A model generated the notes under the pieces. It saw only the letters and a program-made list of their open reading frames with translations, ran no database searches and was not told the DNA's origin. A stretch of 64,000 nt of DNA, taken from assembly GCA_013360285.1 (NCBI GenBank), contig JABWCM010000002.1, positions 29,469 to 93,468 on the forward strand, read 5' to 3'. The position numbers and the translations under genes are program-made. Origin of the DNA: Myxococcales bacterium. Lineage in GTDB: Bacteria > Myxococcota_A > UBA9042 > JABWCM01. Below are positions 40,464-52,200 of this stretch, one piece after another (position 1 is the first letter of the stretch; every line of letters starts with the position of its first letter).

Positions 40464-40683
40464 CTCGCGAACTTAGGTAAAAAATGTGGGTGGGCCGGAG
40501 GTTTACAAACTCCGACTACAGAAACGATGCTTTACGATCCACGGATTGTCGTGCTACTATTTTTTCAATATCGTTGACAGCAACGTGAACGATGACAGCA
40601 GTGCCAGTGTATCGGTCCCAGAAAATGATGTGTAATTGCAGACATGGCACTATTTAATCACCAATCGTGAATATAGGCTCAAT

Positions 40684-40793
40684 GAGTTTGTGAAAAATCC
40701 CTGCGCCATATTCCCGATATAACATGGTTTTTTTGAGTCCAATTTGGCGCAAAATTAGCGGTTCCAGAGCACGCCCGACTTTTTTACAAGCTC
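40684..40793 (+). mobile_element. MITE-like element, family A (internally deleted copy)
   Basis: 110 bp with termini GAGTTTGTGAAAAA...CTTTTTTACAAGCTC. It is flanked by AAT on both sides (40681-40683, 40794-40796) and retains the core ccctgcgccatattcccgata. Confidence 0.7.
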
Positions 40794-40837
40794 AATATCA
40801 AATACAACCGTGTGTTGAATTTCTTCGGTAAGATACC

Positions 40838-41698
40838 ATGTTGGCAATAGATATTCCGCACGACGACTTTCCCGTTTACATCGATGTCAAAGCCGAGGCG
40901 CTTCTACGCCGACGGATAAGTTTCCAACAGATTCCCTCCGCATCTTGGGAGCATGCCAACATCGAGTCTTTTCTGGCAGAGGTCGTAAGAAATTACGAGC
41001 TGTGCTGGCTTACTTGTTTAGCGGCAGAATCGGCTGTGAGGTTTTCGATCCGAAGTGAAGACGAGCTACGCATCCACAAAGATCGGATTCGGGAGGATAT
41101 CGAGCACAAACTGGGTGTAACAGTTCATGACTTCGTGCAGCCCCACCGGGATTGGGTTGAGCAACATTCAGCCGTGTCATTGAAAGGAACTTTTCCATTG
41201 GATATAGAACTGCCGCTTTTTTGCGCAAAAAGTTTACTTGATGCAGTTCCCATGGGTCCGTTGATGGCAAAAATACTCGCCACTGCCAACGACGACCGAG
41301 CACAACGTTTATTTCGCGCGGGACGTGCGTTGCACGCATTTGTTCGCCGACATGATCCGCGGCTCGACAGTCAGATCAAGACGGCAGGGCGCCTTTATGC
41401 GGAGGGGTGTCTTCAACTACAAGAAATCGCCGATATGTTGGGGATGAATCTTGAAGACGTGCTGTGGGAGCTTCAGGAAGCTGGATTTGTACGGGACAAG
41501 GGATTTCTGGCGCTTCAACCAACAAAGCGGGAATCGATTCTGGCAGCGCTTCGCGAGCAGCGATTGGTGCGTCGTTCGAAAGAACAAAGCAACGAAGTCG
41601 ACATTCGCAGCGTGGTGGTCGCTACACAACGTCTGGAAGGGGTGGATGCACGATGCCACAGGATTCAGTCAACCGGAACGTTGCTACCGACGCCATAA
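40838..41698 (+). CDS. hypothetical protein, candidate partner/regulator of the downstream Fic protein
   Basis: 286 aa with no confident family. The C-terminal third has an HTH-like segment (LQEIADMLGMNLEDVLWELQEAGF) and a TQRLEG match to the Fic-inhibitory (S/T)xxxE(G/N) motif at nt 41624-41641. It overlaps the fic ORF by 46 nt. Confidence 0.55.
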   Translation: MLAIDIPHDDFPVYIDVKAEALLRRRISFQQIPSASWEHANIESFLAEVVRNYELCWLTCLAAESAVRFSIRSEDELRIHKDRIREDIEHKLGVTVHDFVQPHRDWVEQHSAVSLKGTFPLDIELPLFCAKSLLDAVPMGPLMAKILATANDDRAQRLFRAGRALHAFVRRHDPRLDSQIKTAGRLYAEGCLQLQEIADMLGMNLEDVLWELQEAGFVRDKGFLALQPTKRESILAALREQRLVRRSKEQSNEVDIRSVVVATQRLEGVDARCHRIQSTGTLLPTP

Positions 41699-42276
41699 TC
41701 AACCAGTATTCTGAATTTCAACTCGAACAGTTGTCGCAAAACCTCGCGCAACTGTACGACATGATTTGTCGTGGTGAATTCTCAACGGCACACTTTGGTG
41801 TCAACCTAATCACGACAGTGCATGAGCGCATCTGGGTCGGTGTCGTAGACCATGCCGGTCGCATCCGAACCCGTGACTGGGGAGCAGAATATCTCGACTT
41901 TGGCCCCAACCGATCTGAACATCGGAACGCTGTCCGTGAAAAACTGGAAACACTGTGCCATTGGGTTGACTCAACGTTGCGCCGGTTGGAAGAAAACTCT
42001 GACGCTCCCGAATATGAACTGAACGCATACACAGTGGCCGCATTTGCTCAAGCAGAACTTGTGCGAATACACCCTTTTATGGATGGAAACGGCAGAATTG
42101 GCCGCGCCCTAACCGACATCGTGTTGGTACGGCTTGGATTCGGCGTGGTGAGAATCGACGCAGTCAAAGACGAATACTACGCGACGCTCAATGTGTACCA
42201 CACAACAAAAAAACCAGATGAATTTGTAGATCTACTCCTTCAGTGCGCTAACCCGGATTTCTCAAAGAGCTTGTGA
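41653..42276 (+). CDS. Fic/DOC family protein (AMPylase-type active site)
   Basis: The canonical Fic motif HPFMDGNGRIGRAL (HxFx[D/E]GNGRxxR) is present. The ATG is at codon 64 of the track ORF. The product is 207 aa. Confidence 0.85.
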   Translation: MPQDSVNRNVATDAIINQYSEFQLEQLSQNLAQLYDMICRGEFSTAHFGVNLITTVHERIWVGVVDHAGRIRTRDWGAEYLDFGPNRSEHRNAVREKLETLCHWVDSTLRRLEENSDAPEYELNAYTVAAFAQAELVRIHPFMDGNGRIGRALTDIVLVRLGFGVVRIDAVKDEYYATLNVYHTTKKPDEFVDLLLQCANPDFSKSL

Positions 42277-42472
42277 GAGGGTTAGCTTCAAGCAGGAAGT
42301 GACCCTGGACGAGCTAATTTAGCGCTGAATTGGCCGGGACCCGACTGAGGCAATATCGAGTATATGCCGCAAGAAGGGGCATGGCCAAGGCAGCCTAAAT
42401 TAGCCGTACAGGGTTCACTTATCTATTTCCGCTGATCCTCTCAGAGTTACTTTCTTGTTTCCGCTGACCCTC
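42277..42472 (+). mobile_element. MITE-like element, family B
   Basis: It starts GAGAGGGTTAGCTTCAAGC immediately after the fic stop codon TGA (42274-42276) and ends GCTGACCCTC followed by TGA (42473-42475). It contains an extra internal right-end copy (gctgatcctc + tca at 42431-42443). By eye it is ~85-90 percent similar to 59613-59775. Confidence 0.7.
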
Positions 42473-42578
42473 TGAGCTTATAAAGATGTCGCAAAGAGCC
42501 CACCGTCCCCGAATCTGCCGGCGTTTCGGGGCTCACCCATCGGCTCGTGAGAAATTCGGGTAACGGTACAGGTCTTTG

Positions 42579-43094
42579 TTACGAATGGGACGGGTAAATT
42601 CCCTGGAGCGCGATGACGAAGTTGAGCGCGAGGATGGGTTGTATATTGTTATGCGGTTGGTTGCCTCCCGTTTGGCCAACAACTCCCGCGTTTAACGTGG
42701 TGGGTGCTGCTGGGCTGGGTACGTAATCATTGCCGCGTGAGGCCGACGGATAATTGCCCGATGGGCTCTGGGTGGTCCCCGGGTTGGCGTCCACGTTGAT
42801 GCTGTGGTTGTGCTGCGGCATTTCCGCGGCCGTCAGGGTTACCGTCTCGGACCCTGCTGTCTCCCCAAGCGAGTAATTCGACAGCCCGGGTCCCTGCCCG
42901 AAATGAATGGGTGCCCGCCCACGCAAATCCGGCAATGCAAACGTTGTGACGCCGTCTCCGCCGTATGTGGTGCCAAGTAATGAAAAAAGCGCCTGATTCT
43001 GTGCGATGCTCAAGAGTTGACCGTTGCAAAACGCCCAGCCCTTCGGCGCAAAATTGCCCGCAAAAAGAATGATTTGTCCGAGAATTGGATCCAT
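42579..43094 (-). CDS. phage tail collar domain protein (MdpB-like)
   Basis: 171 aa. It begins MDPILGQIILFAGNFAPKGWAFCNGQLLSIAQNQALFSLLGTTYGGDG...FALPDLRGR, the hallmark of the tail-collar family. A GGAG lies 7 nt upstream of the ATG. Confidence 0.88.
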   Translation of the reverse strand: MDPILGQIILFAGNFAPKGWAFCNGQLLSIAQNQALFSLLGTTYGGDGVTTFALPDLRGRAPIHFGQGPGLSNYSLGETAGSETVTLTAAEMPQHNHSINVDANPGTTQSPSGNYPSASRGNDYVPSPAAPTTLNAGVVGQTGGNQPHNNIQPILALNFVIALQGIYPSHS

Positions 43095-43188
43095 GATTTT
43101 GTGCTCCGTGATAAACGATTGTCATAATCCCCGCTGAATTCGTACCTCATTGGGTTGGAATTGTGTACCCTAAAATCATCATTTCTTT

Positions 43189-43221
43189 TCGCTCGCCGTT
43201 ATTTTTTTCTCAAACACCCTC
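43189..43221. mobile_element. solo terminus of a family C MITE-like element
   Basis: cgctcgccgttatttttttctcaaacaccctc matches the right terminus of the 998-1174 element and is followed by TAA. It abuts or overlaps the TAG stop (minus strand, 43221-43223) of the giant gene. No matching left end is nearby. Confidence 0.5.
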
Positions 43222-46200
43222 TAAGGCTCCCAGTGTACTCCCATGTCGACGGGCGTGGTGTCCAATATGCCGTCTTTTCTTGTGGTCTTTTGTTTCCAGG
43301 CGATTTTTGCCGCGTCGGCGGCGCTGTTGTTTCCGGCATCTACGCAGGCGCTTGTTGTGGTTGCTCCGCTTATGCCGGCATGTTTCAGAAACAACTTCGA
43401 GCCACTTACCGTAAATGGGTTTCCTGTGGTCGGATTTAAGACTAGGTTGCCGGTTCCCTGTGTAGCTACCGGCAGGCAACTGTAGGTGACGCTCACCGCG
43501 CTGCCATACGCTGTGCTCACCGCCGTTTCGTGACCCACACCCGTTGTTGCTTCGTTGTCGAAAAACGCCGAGTTGACCACCGACACATTGGATGCCGCCG
43601 AATAGATCGCTCCGCCCGTGGTTCCTTGGTTTTGATAAAACGAACAGCCGCTGATTTTCACGTAAATCCACGCATAAATCGCTCCGATGGCCCCTCCGGT
43701 GGTGTCGGCTTCATTGGCGTAAAAACTCGAATTGGTGATCGTGGTATACGCCGCGGCATACCCCAACGATACCCCCCCGCTTTGGGTATTTCCGATGTTG
43801 CCGCGAAATGTACAGTCCACGATATCCGTAAACACCGTATCCAGCGCCCGTAACGCCCCCCCTTCCCACCCTTCGTTGTATTCAAAACTCACTCCTCGCA
43901 GTTTCACCCCATCGTTTTCCGTTACCAACATTCCGCCGGTTCCCCCTGGATTCTGAACCACGGTCGACGTTTCGTTGTAACTTACGGAAGAATCTTCGAT
44001 CACAATATTGTTGCTTTCTTTCACCATGACGCCGCCTACCGGTCCTTCGGCGGAATAATTGTTGGTGATTTTCAGATTCCGCCCTACAAAATTCTGCCTC
44101 CCGACGATTCTTAACCCTGCTCCCCCAGCCAGGTCCGATGAGTCGCCGAAATTGGCCCCCCCGGCAATGGTAAATCCGTCCAAAATTGTGTCGTGGGCCG
44201 CGACCACCACGTGTTCGCTGTCGTTTGCGGACCAACCCCCGCTGTTGTCCCAATCCCCATTTAGCTCCGTTTTGACCAACGGTTGTTTCCGCGATTCTAC
44301 CGAACATTCCCCGGCACCGAATCCGCCATATACATCGACCCCCAACTTCATCGACAACACGTTGGATTTTGCCTGTTTACCTTTATAAACCCCATCGGCT
44401 ACAAACACTTGTTGACCTTCGGCGGCAATCGCCATCGCGTCGGCGATGGTTAAAAACGCGGTGCCCCACGACGTTCCATCGTGGACCGGTCCGGGAGCCG
44501 CATGGTCGACAAAAATCGCCACGGGATTGTGATAACACACCCCGGCTTCCCCCACGTCGGTCGTGCAGGGGTCCCCATCGTCGCAATCGGGGGTAAACAC
44601 ACACACTCCGTTGGCCCCACAAACGTCGATCGTAAACCCGTCCCCATCGTCGCACACCTTCGGCGTACCCTTACACACCTCGTTGATGCACATGTCGGAC
44701 AGCGTGCACGGGTCCGAATCGGAACAGGCCGTCCCATCTTGTTTGCCGTTACAGGTTGCATAATGGGCACCCATGTCAATGGGAGGATTGTCGGTCACCC
44801 CGTCGTTACGCGTTGTCATTTGTTTCCACAGAATATCGGCCTCTTTTGCGGCAGCGGAACTCCCGGCGTTGATGCAGGGAGAGGAATTTCCACCTCCGAA
44901 TTTCAAAAACAGGTTGTTGTTATCGACGACAAACGGATTTTCTGTGGTCGAATCCAAAAGAATGTTGCCCGTTCCACTGTAAGATACCGGAGAACAAGTA
45001 TAAGATACCGAAATGGATCCAGGTTGCGCCGACCCCGAATCCGCAACAAATTCATCGCCGGATGCACCAGCCAGCCCCTTGTTTGCAAAACCCGCTGTAT
45101 TGACTATCTCGATTGTCGCCAGTGCCCCAGCATAAATCGCTCCCCCCACACCGGCTTCGTTTTCGTAAAAAGAGCATCCGCTGACCAAAATACTCGTCGG
45201 AAAAGCAGACATCAACGCACTGCCGCTAATCGCTCCACCGTTTACCGACGCCGTATTGTTATAAAACGCGGTGTTCAACACGTTTATGTCGATCGATGAC
45301 GACACAATCAGCGCCCCTGCTTTCCCTTGGCTGTATTCGGCTGCTGAGTTCCCCACAAAAACACAATCGCGGATTTGGGTCCCGGGCGCCCGATTCAAAT
45401 CCAGCGCCCCCCCACCGTTGAACGCAAGGTTGTTCTCAAACACCACCCCTCGGAACTCAACAAGGGTGCTGTCCGCCACATACGCCCCCGCGCCATTGGA
45501 AGCGTCGTTGTTTTTGAACACGCAGTCGACAAACAACACATCGTCGCTGTTTTCCACAATGGCCCCGCCGCCCACACCCACAAAATATCCATGGCTGTCA
45601 AACGTGCAGTTACGCACTGTTACGTTTTCTACGGAATCCATGGCCAGTCCATACCGACCCAAATACGATTTCAGTCCGTTGGAGCCCGCCGTTCCCCCGA
45701 AATAAACCCCGTCCACCACGGTGTCCGATGCCCCCACCATCAGATACAGCGCGTCCGTGGTTTCCGAAATCGCGTCTTGGTCCGAATCCCCCACCAACCG
45801 GGTCAACAAAGGCGGTTCCGGGCGTTCCGAACGATCACACTCCGTTCCTTCAAATCCCCCATATAGGTCGACACCCGGTTTTAACTCGACCAGCGCCGAA
45901 TCCCCCACCGCCGACCAGTACAGCCCTTCGGCAACCCAGATTTCGTCACCCTCATCGGCCGCATCGACAGCGTCCTGAATCGTTGTAAACGCGGTTGCCC
46001 AGGACGCCCCATCGTGGATCGGCCCCGGCGCATTCCCATCCACAAAAACGGCAACTCCTCGATGGAGACATCCAGACGATGGCGCACACGAATCCAGCGT
46101 GCACCCATCCCCATCATCGCAGTCGACAGGTTCACCTCCCCCACACACACCCGCCAAACACGTTTCACCGGCAACACACAATCCCCCATCGCCTTCGCAT

Positions 46201-49200
46201 TCCGCCCCATCGATTCGTTCGGTCCATTCGGACTTGATAATCGCGGGTTTACAGTGTTGGCACCCGTTGTCCGGGTTCAATTCGTTCTGGGTGTAACATG
46301 CTCCGTTCAACGCACAAAATCCGTTGGTAATGGTGGTGGTACATTGAAACTGGTCGGGGCTCAGGGAACTGCAACCTTCTGTTGTGCACCCCAATCCATC
46401 ATCACAGGCGCTATTGGTGCCGGGAGTGCACAATCCGCCGGCGCACGAATCGGCCGTGCAGCCGTTACCGTCCAGTGCACATAACGTTCCATCCAACTGA
46501 TTGGACCATGCCGTTTGGGTTTGATCCGCGTCGCACACCAAACACGAGTTGTCCCCATTTGCGGTGCCGTCGACAACACATTGACCACCAATGAAACAAC
46601 GATTGGATTTGAGTGTGTGGGTGCACGTAAACGATGTGTTGTTCTCGGCAACACAAACATCCACGGTGCATCCCAGTCCATCGGAACAGTTTTGTGCCAA
46701 CGCGGCGGTACAAACCCCGGAGATGCAGGTTTCCCCTAAGGTACACGGATCCGAATCGTCGCACGCACTCCCATCGGCGATTCCTTGGCAGGGGGCAACA
46801 TAGTGGGCACCAATGTCTACCGGAGTACTGTCCAAACCATTGTCGGTTCGGGTGGTCAACGTGGCCCAGTCGATGCCCGCGGTGTTTGCCAAACTGTCCG
46901 ATCCCGCGTTTACACATACGCTCGAGGTCGTTGCCCCGTCGAGGCCGGCATGTTGTAAATATAGGCGTGCTCCCTTTTGTACAAATGGGTTTGTGGTAGC
47001 GGGGAATGTGACGTTGTAAGTGCTTCCTGGAGTTCCCCCTAAAGCCGGAGCGCAGCAATGTTGGGGGATGATCGATGCACCATTGACCATTCCGAACACA
47101 CTTTTGGTGGGGGATTCGGGATAAAAGACACAGTTGTGGACCTGGGCCACCATCGACCCATGTCCCCAGATGTCCTGCCCAATATTGGTCGATGGAGCCG
47201 CGTTTCCGTAAAATGAACAACCGGAAATGGTGATGTCCGTCCCGGCTGCGAAAATACTCCCTCCCCCTCCGGAGGATTGGTTGTCGATAAACGTACAGTT
47301 TCGAATCACTGCGCCGTCCGATGCCGACAGAAATACCGCTCCCCCATCATAAAAATAACTTCCCGAACCTTCGTTTCCGACAAAGGTGGAATCTTCGAGT
47401 AGAAAATCCGGCGTGGTGATCACCGACAAACCAGCGCCATGGGATGCGTCGTTGTTGGTAAACGAACATTGCCGCACCGTGACGTTGTTGCTGTGGTCAA
47501 TCCCCAAACCCCCGCCGGAAATCGACGTCACGATGTTGTTGTCAAACGAACAACGTTCGATCACAATGGAATCCCCCTGCTCGATCCGCATCGCCGAGCC
47601 CACGTTTCCGCCGGTCGCAGTGTTATAAACCCCAGCCATGGACAGATTTCGAAGTGTTACCTGATCGGCATGGACCAGGTTGACAAACATCAACGGATGA
47701 TACCCCGCGTCGGTTTCCACGGCCCCGGGTCCCATCACAAACCCGTCGATGACTACGTTGAAAACGTTCCAGATTTGTATCGCCTGCGGTGCATCGACGC
47801 CGTTTGTGTAGATTCCGTCTCCATCGATATCCGAAGTCAAAACCGACGGCGGCAACGGAAAGGTACGTTCGTCGGGGGAACATTGACCGGGCACAAATCC
47901 ACCCACTACGGTAACCCCCGATTTGGCGACCAGCGGCGGTACTTTCACGACGTTTCCGAACGCCAAAGTGGCGGTATAAAGGCCTTCGGCGACATAAATC
48001 ACTTTGTTGACGGCGGTTTTTGCCAAAGCATCGGTGATGGTTGGATAGGCTTGGTCCCACGAAGAACCATCGGGATTGACCGCTGTGGAATCATCGTCGA
48101 CAAACAATGCGGCCGGTGAGTGGCCGCATCCCACGAGCGGTGTACAAAAGTCGGTTGTGCATCCGTTTTGATCACCACAATCCAGTGTGCCCGTCGGGGC
48201 TCCACACACTCCAGCGGAACAAACGCTGCCAATCGTGCAGGGATCGGCGTCGTTTTCACAGGCCACCCCGTTGTTCCGATTGGAAAAAGCCACTTTGGAT
48301 GTTGCGGGTTTACATTCTTTACACGGATTGCTGGGGTCGGCATCGTTGGTTACATAACAAACGCCGTTCACATAACAGGCGCCGTTGATGACGGTTTGGC
48401 TACAGGAATATCCCCCGGACCCGTTGGTGGTGCAGGTGTTGGTAGTGCACGACAAACCATCTTCACACGGGTTTTTCTGAACACAAACCCCCGACTGGCA
48501 ACTTTTGGGGGCGCAGGCATTGGTTGAACTGCCGCAAAAACTTCCGTCGGCAACCCACGACCACGCCGTGTTCGTAAGTGTCGGTTGGCAGCTTTCGCAA
48601 CTCGATCCTGTTTGCGTGGTGTTTTCGGCGATACATTGGCCGCCGATCAAACAGAAAGCGGGTTTGATCGTGTGCACGCACCCCAAGGTGGAGGCCCCAA
48701 GAAATACACAACTGTCGCTGGTGCATGCCAGTCCATCGTTGCAGTCCGAATCTTGGGAACACGGTTGAACGGCGGCACAGGACGCAGAATCGGCGATGTC
48801 ACAGGGCAGATTATGGGCTCCGATGTCAACGGGTGCCAAATCCGCGGCCCCATCGGTCCGGGTGGAAAGCGCCCAGTAGGGGACCCCCGACTCCAGAGCG
48901 GAAACAGGGTCTCCCGCGTCCACACATGGGGAGGTAGTCGATTGGCCGTCCAGACCGGCGTGTACCAAATAAAGGTGGAGGTCGGCTACCACAAACGGAT
49001 TCTGGGTGTCGGTGAGGTGGATGTTGCCCACCCCATTGGCGGTACCTTCAAGGGGGGCGCCCCCATAGCAGGTGTGGTGAAAAAGCGGCGGCGCGGCGTT
49101 AAAATAAGAAACCGGCAGGGCGTCACTCCCAAAAACGGCCGCGTTGGCGACGGTGACCGACGACCCCCATTCGTTTCGCAGCAACGACCATGCTCCCGGC

Positions 49201-52200
49201 TCCATCGCCGCCGACACCCCACGAATGACGACACCCGGTGTGTTGTTGACCCACAAAGCGAAGCCGCTTGCCGTGCCCAGGTAGGAGTTGCCAAAAAACG
49301 TGAGGTTATCCGCCGTCACTCCGGTGCAGGACGCTACACTCACGACTCGCCGTTGACCGGAAATCAACCCTTGGTTTCCCCAAAAGCGGGTGCCGCGTAG
49401 AATAAGCCCATCGATATCGACAAATTCCGCGGCCATTTCAAATCCCAACGATTCGTTTTCCAAAAACAACGAGTCGCGGATTTCCACGTTGGAACTGTAG
49501 TTGGCCCGCAGAACCGGGTCGGAGGACGAGCTGGTGTTGGCTGTAAATTCACACCGGTCGATGAGCACGTCCGAACTGAGTTCAATTGCAACAATGGCCG
49601 CAGTAGAGGCCGTGAGGTTTTTTCCAACCGTCATGGCGTTGCCGACAATCTTACAATTTCGAACCACAAAATGACTTTCGTTGATGACTTCAATCGCCGC
49701 TCGTCCTTGATAGGGGGTTGCTCCATCGACTCCCCCCGCTCCGCCCAGAATGAACCCGTCCAACGTAGACTGAGACGCCCCACGCACAAGCACCGGGTTG
49801 TCGCCGATAAACGGGGCGGTTGCTGCATAATCGGTGACGCCATCTTTGTCGAAATCGGCCGATAGAATCGTGGGGGCCAATGGGTACGGCCGTTGTGCGA
49901 TGCTGCATTCGTTGCCGGCAAACCCGCCGTACAGATCCACGTCGTCTTTCATGGGGACTACCGCCATTTGTCCGGAGGCTGCGTCGCCGATTTGGGGATC
50001 GTGGTAATACGTACCCTGAGCGACAAAGAGTTGGGAGCCCGCTTCGGCGACCGCCAAGGCGCTGCGAATCGTGGGGAATGCTTTTTCCCACGAACTCCCG
50101 TCCGCCGCCCCATTCGTATTGTTCCCATCGACAAAAATCGCAACGGGGGTGTGTTGGCACCCCACAAAAGGAATACAACTATCCTGTGTACATTCGGTAC
50201 CGTCGTCACAGGTCGATGGCGACGAAGCAACACATTGGCCGTTTGTGCAATAATCCATGTCGGTGCAGGGGTCGAGATCGGCTTCACACGCGGCGTTGGT
50301 GTTTTTGTTGGTAAACGAGGTGGTGTTGGTCGCTGACTTACAGTGTTGGCAATCGTTTTGTGGGTTTTCTTCCCCTTCTTTGAAACATTCGCCGCCAATC
50401 ACACACCGTTGTGATTTGATCGTATGAGTACAGGAATACGCTGACCCCGACGAGGTGCACCCATCGTCGGTACACGGCAAACCATCCGAGCAGTCAACCG
50501 CCGGTCCCGGGACACACACACCGACTAGGCAACTGTCGCCGCCGGTACAGGCGGAATTGTCGGCGTTACAAACCTGGCCGTCGGCACGCGGTGAAAACGA
50601 GGATTGGCTTTTGGACGGAGTACATTTTTCGCAAACCTGTGCCGGATTTTTCTCGTCGGCGGTGTAGCAAACGCCGGCAATGGCGCAGTTTCCTTTTAAG
50701 ACGGCAACACTGCACGTGAACGTGGAAGCGCCGGTAGATACACAAGTTTCTGTTGTACACGCCAGTCCATCGGAACAATTGGCGGTTGGCCCGGCCTCAC
50801 AGAATCCCCCGCTGCATACATCCCCCACGGTACACCCATTGTTATCTGCATTGCAGGGGGTTCCATTGGTGGTGTTGGACCAGGTGGTTTTGGATGTTGC
50901 GGGTTTACAACTTTGGCAGGGATTTTGGGGATTGACTGCCTGGCCCGCCCAACAAACCCCTTCGATCAAACAGAAGTTGTTCACCACGGAGTTGACACAA
51001 CTGTTGGTAGTCGCCGAACAGGAATCCGTTGTGCATGCCAAGTTGTCGTTGCAATTGACGTTGCCGGAAAGAACACATACCCCCCCCTGGCAGGTATCTA
51101 TGGTGCAAGCGGGTCCGGCGATGTCGCAGGCGGTTCCGTTGGGTCGAGGGCTGTACGCCGTCGTACTGAGGGCGGGGGCGCACTCCTGGCAACTGTTCGT
51201 GGGGTTTGGGTCGCCGTCGTCCATACACACCCCATTGATCAAACATTTTCCGGACTTGATCAGATTGGTGCATTGGTATGTCGTTGCGCTCAGGGATACA
51301 CAACCGTCTGTGGTGCACCCTTTGTTGTCATTGCAGTTGACCAACGTTCCGGCCACGCAGGTTCCCCCTTGGCAGGAGTCTCCCTGGGTGCACCCGTTGT
51401 TGTCGATTTCGCAGGCAACCCCATTGTTTTTGGCGGTCCACTCCGTCGAAGACGTGGATGGTTTACACTGCTGACAGGCGTTTTCCGGATTGTCTCCCCC
51501 CGATGAGAAACACACGCCGTCGATTAGACATTTGGTGGACTCAATGGGATGGGTGCAGGTAAACGAAGTGGGGCCTGCGGAAACACAACTGTCGGTCGTG
51601 CAACCGAGTCCATCGCCACAGTTGGGGGCAACCCCCGGAATACATACTCCTTGTTGGCAACTGTCATTTTGGGTGCACCCATTGGAGTCGGCGTCGCATC
51701 CGGTACCGTCTTCCAACGCGCTCCAGGCCGTTTTGGATTGCGCCGGTTTACATTTCAGGCAGGGATTGGCGGGATTTTGTGCGTGGGCTTCCCAACAATT
51801 CCCGTCGATCCAACAACTTCCTTTGATGACGGAGTGGGAACATTCTCCGGTGGCCGGATCACAGACGTCGTTGGTACAAGAGATCTCGTCGTCACAGGTT
51901 TCCGTGGTTTCCGTTGTACATACTCCGGCTGCACACACGTCGTCGGTGCACAGATTGTTGTCTTTTTCGCAAACGACGCCGTCATTTTTGTTGGACCACG
52001 CACTTGTTGACAGGGCGGGGCGACAGCTTTGGCACGGGTTGTTCGGATGTTGTTCGCCTTTTTCGTAACATTGGCCGTCGATGAGACAAAATCCCCCCGT
52101 CAAGCTGTTGCCGCAAACAAAGGTTTCCGACCCCGTTGCTGAGCAGAAATCGGCTGTACACGTCAACCCATCTTCACACTCGTTGGTTTCCCCTGGGGTA

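Noticed and set aside
40545-40565. The short match ttgtcgtgctactatttt is similar to tcgtcgtgctactttt at 59817-59832.
   Set aside because: The similarity is about 14 of 16 nt, with no extended flank similarity and no associated structure. It is compatible with chance.
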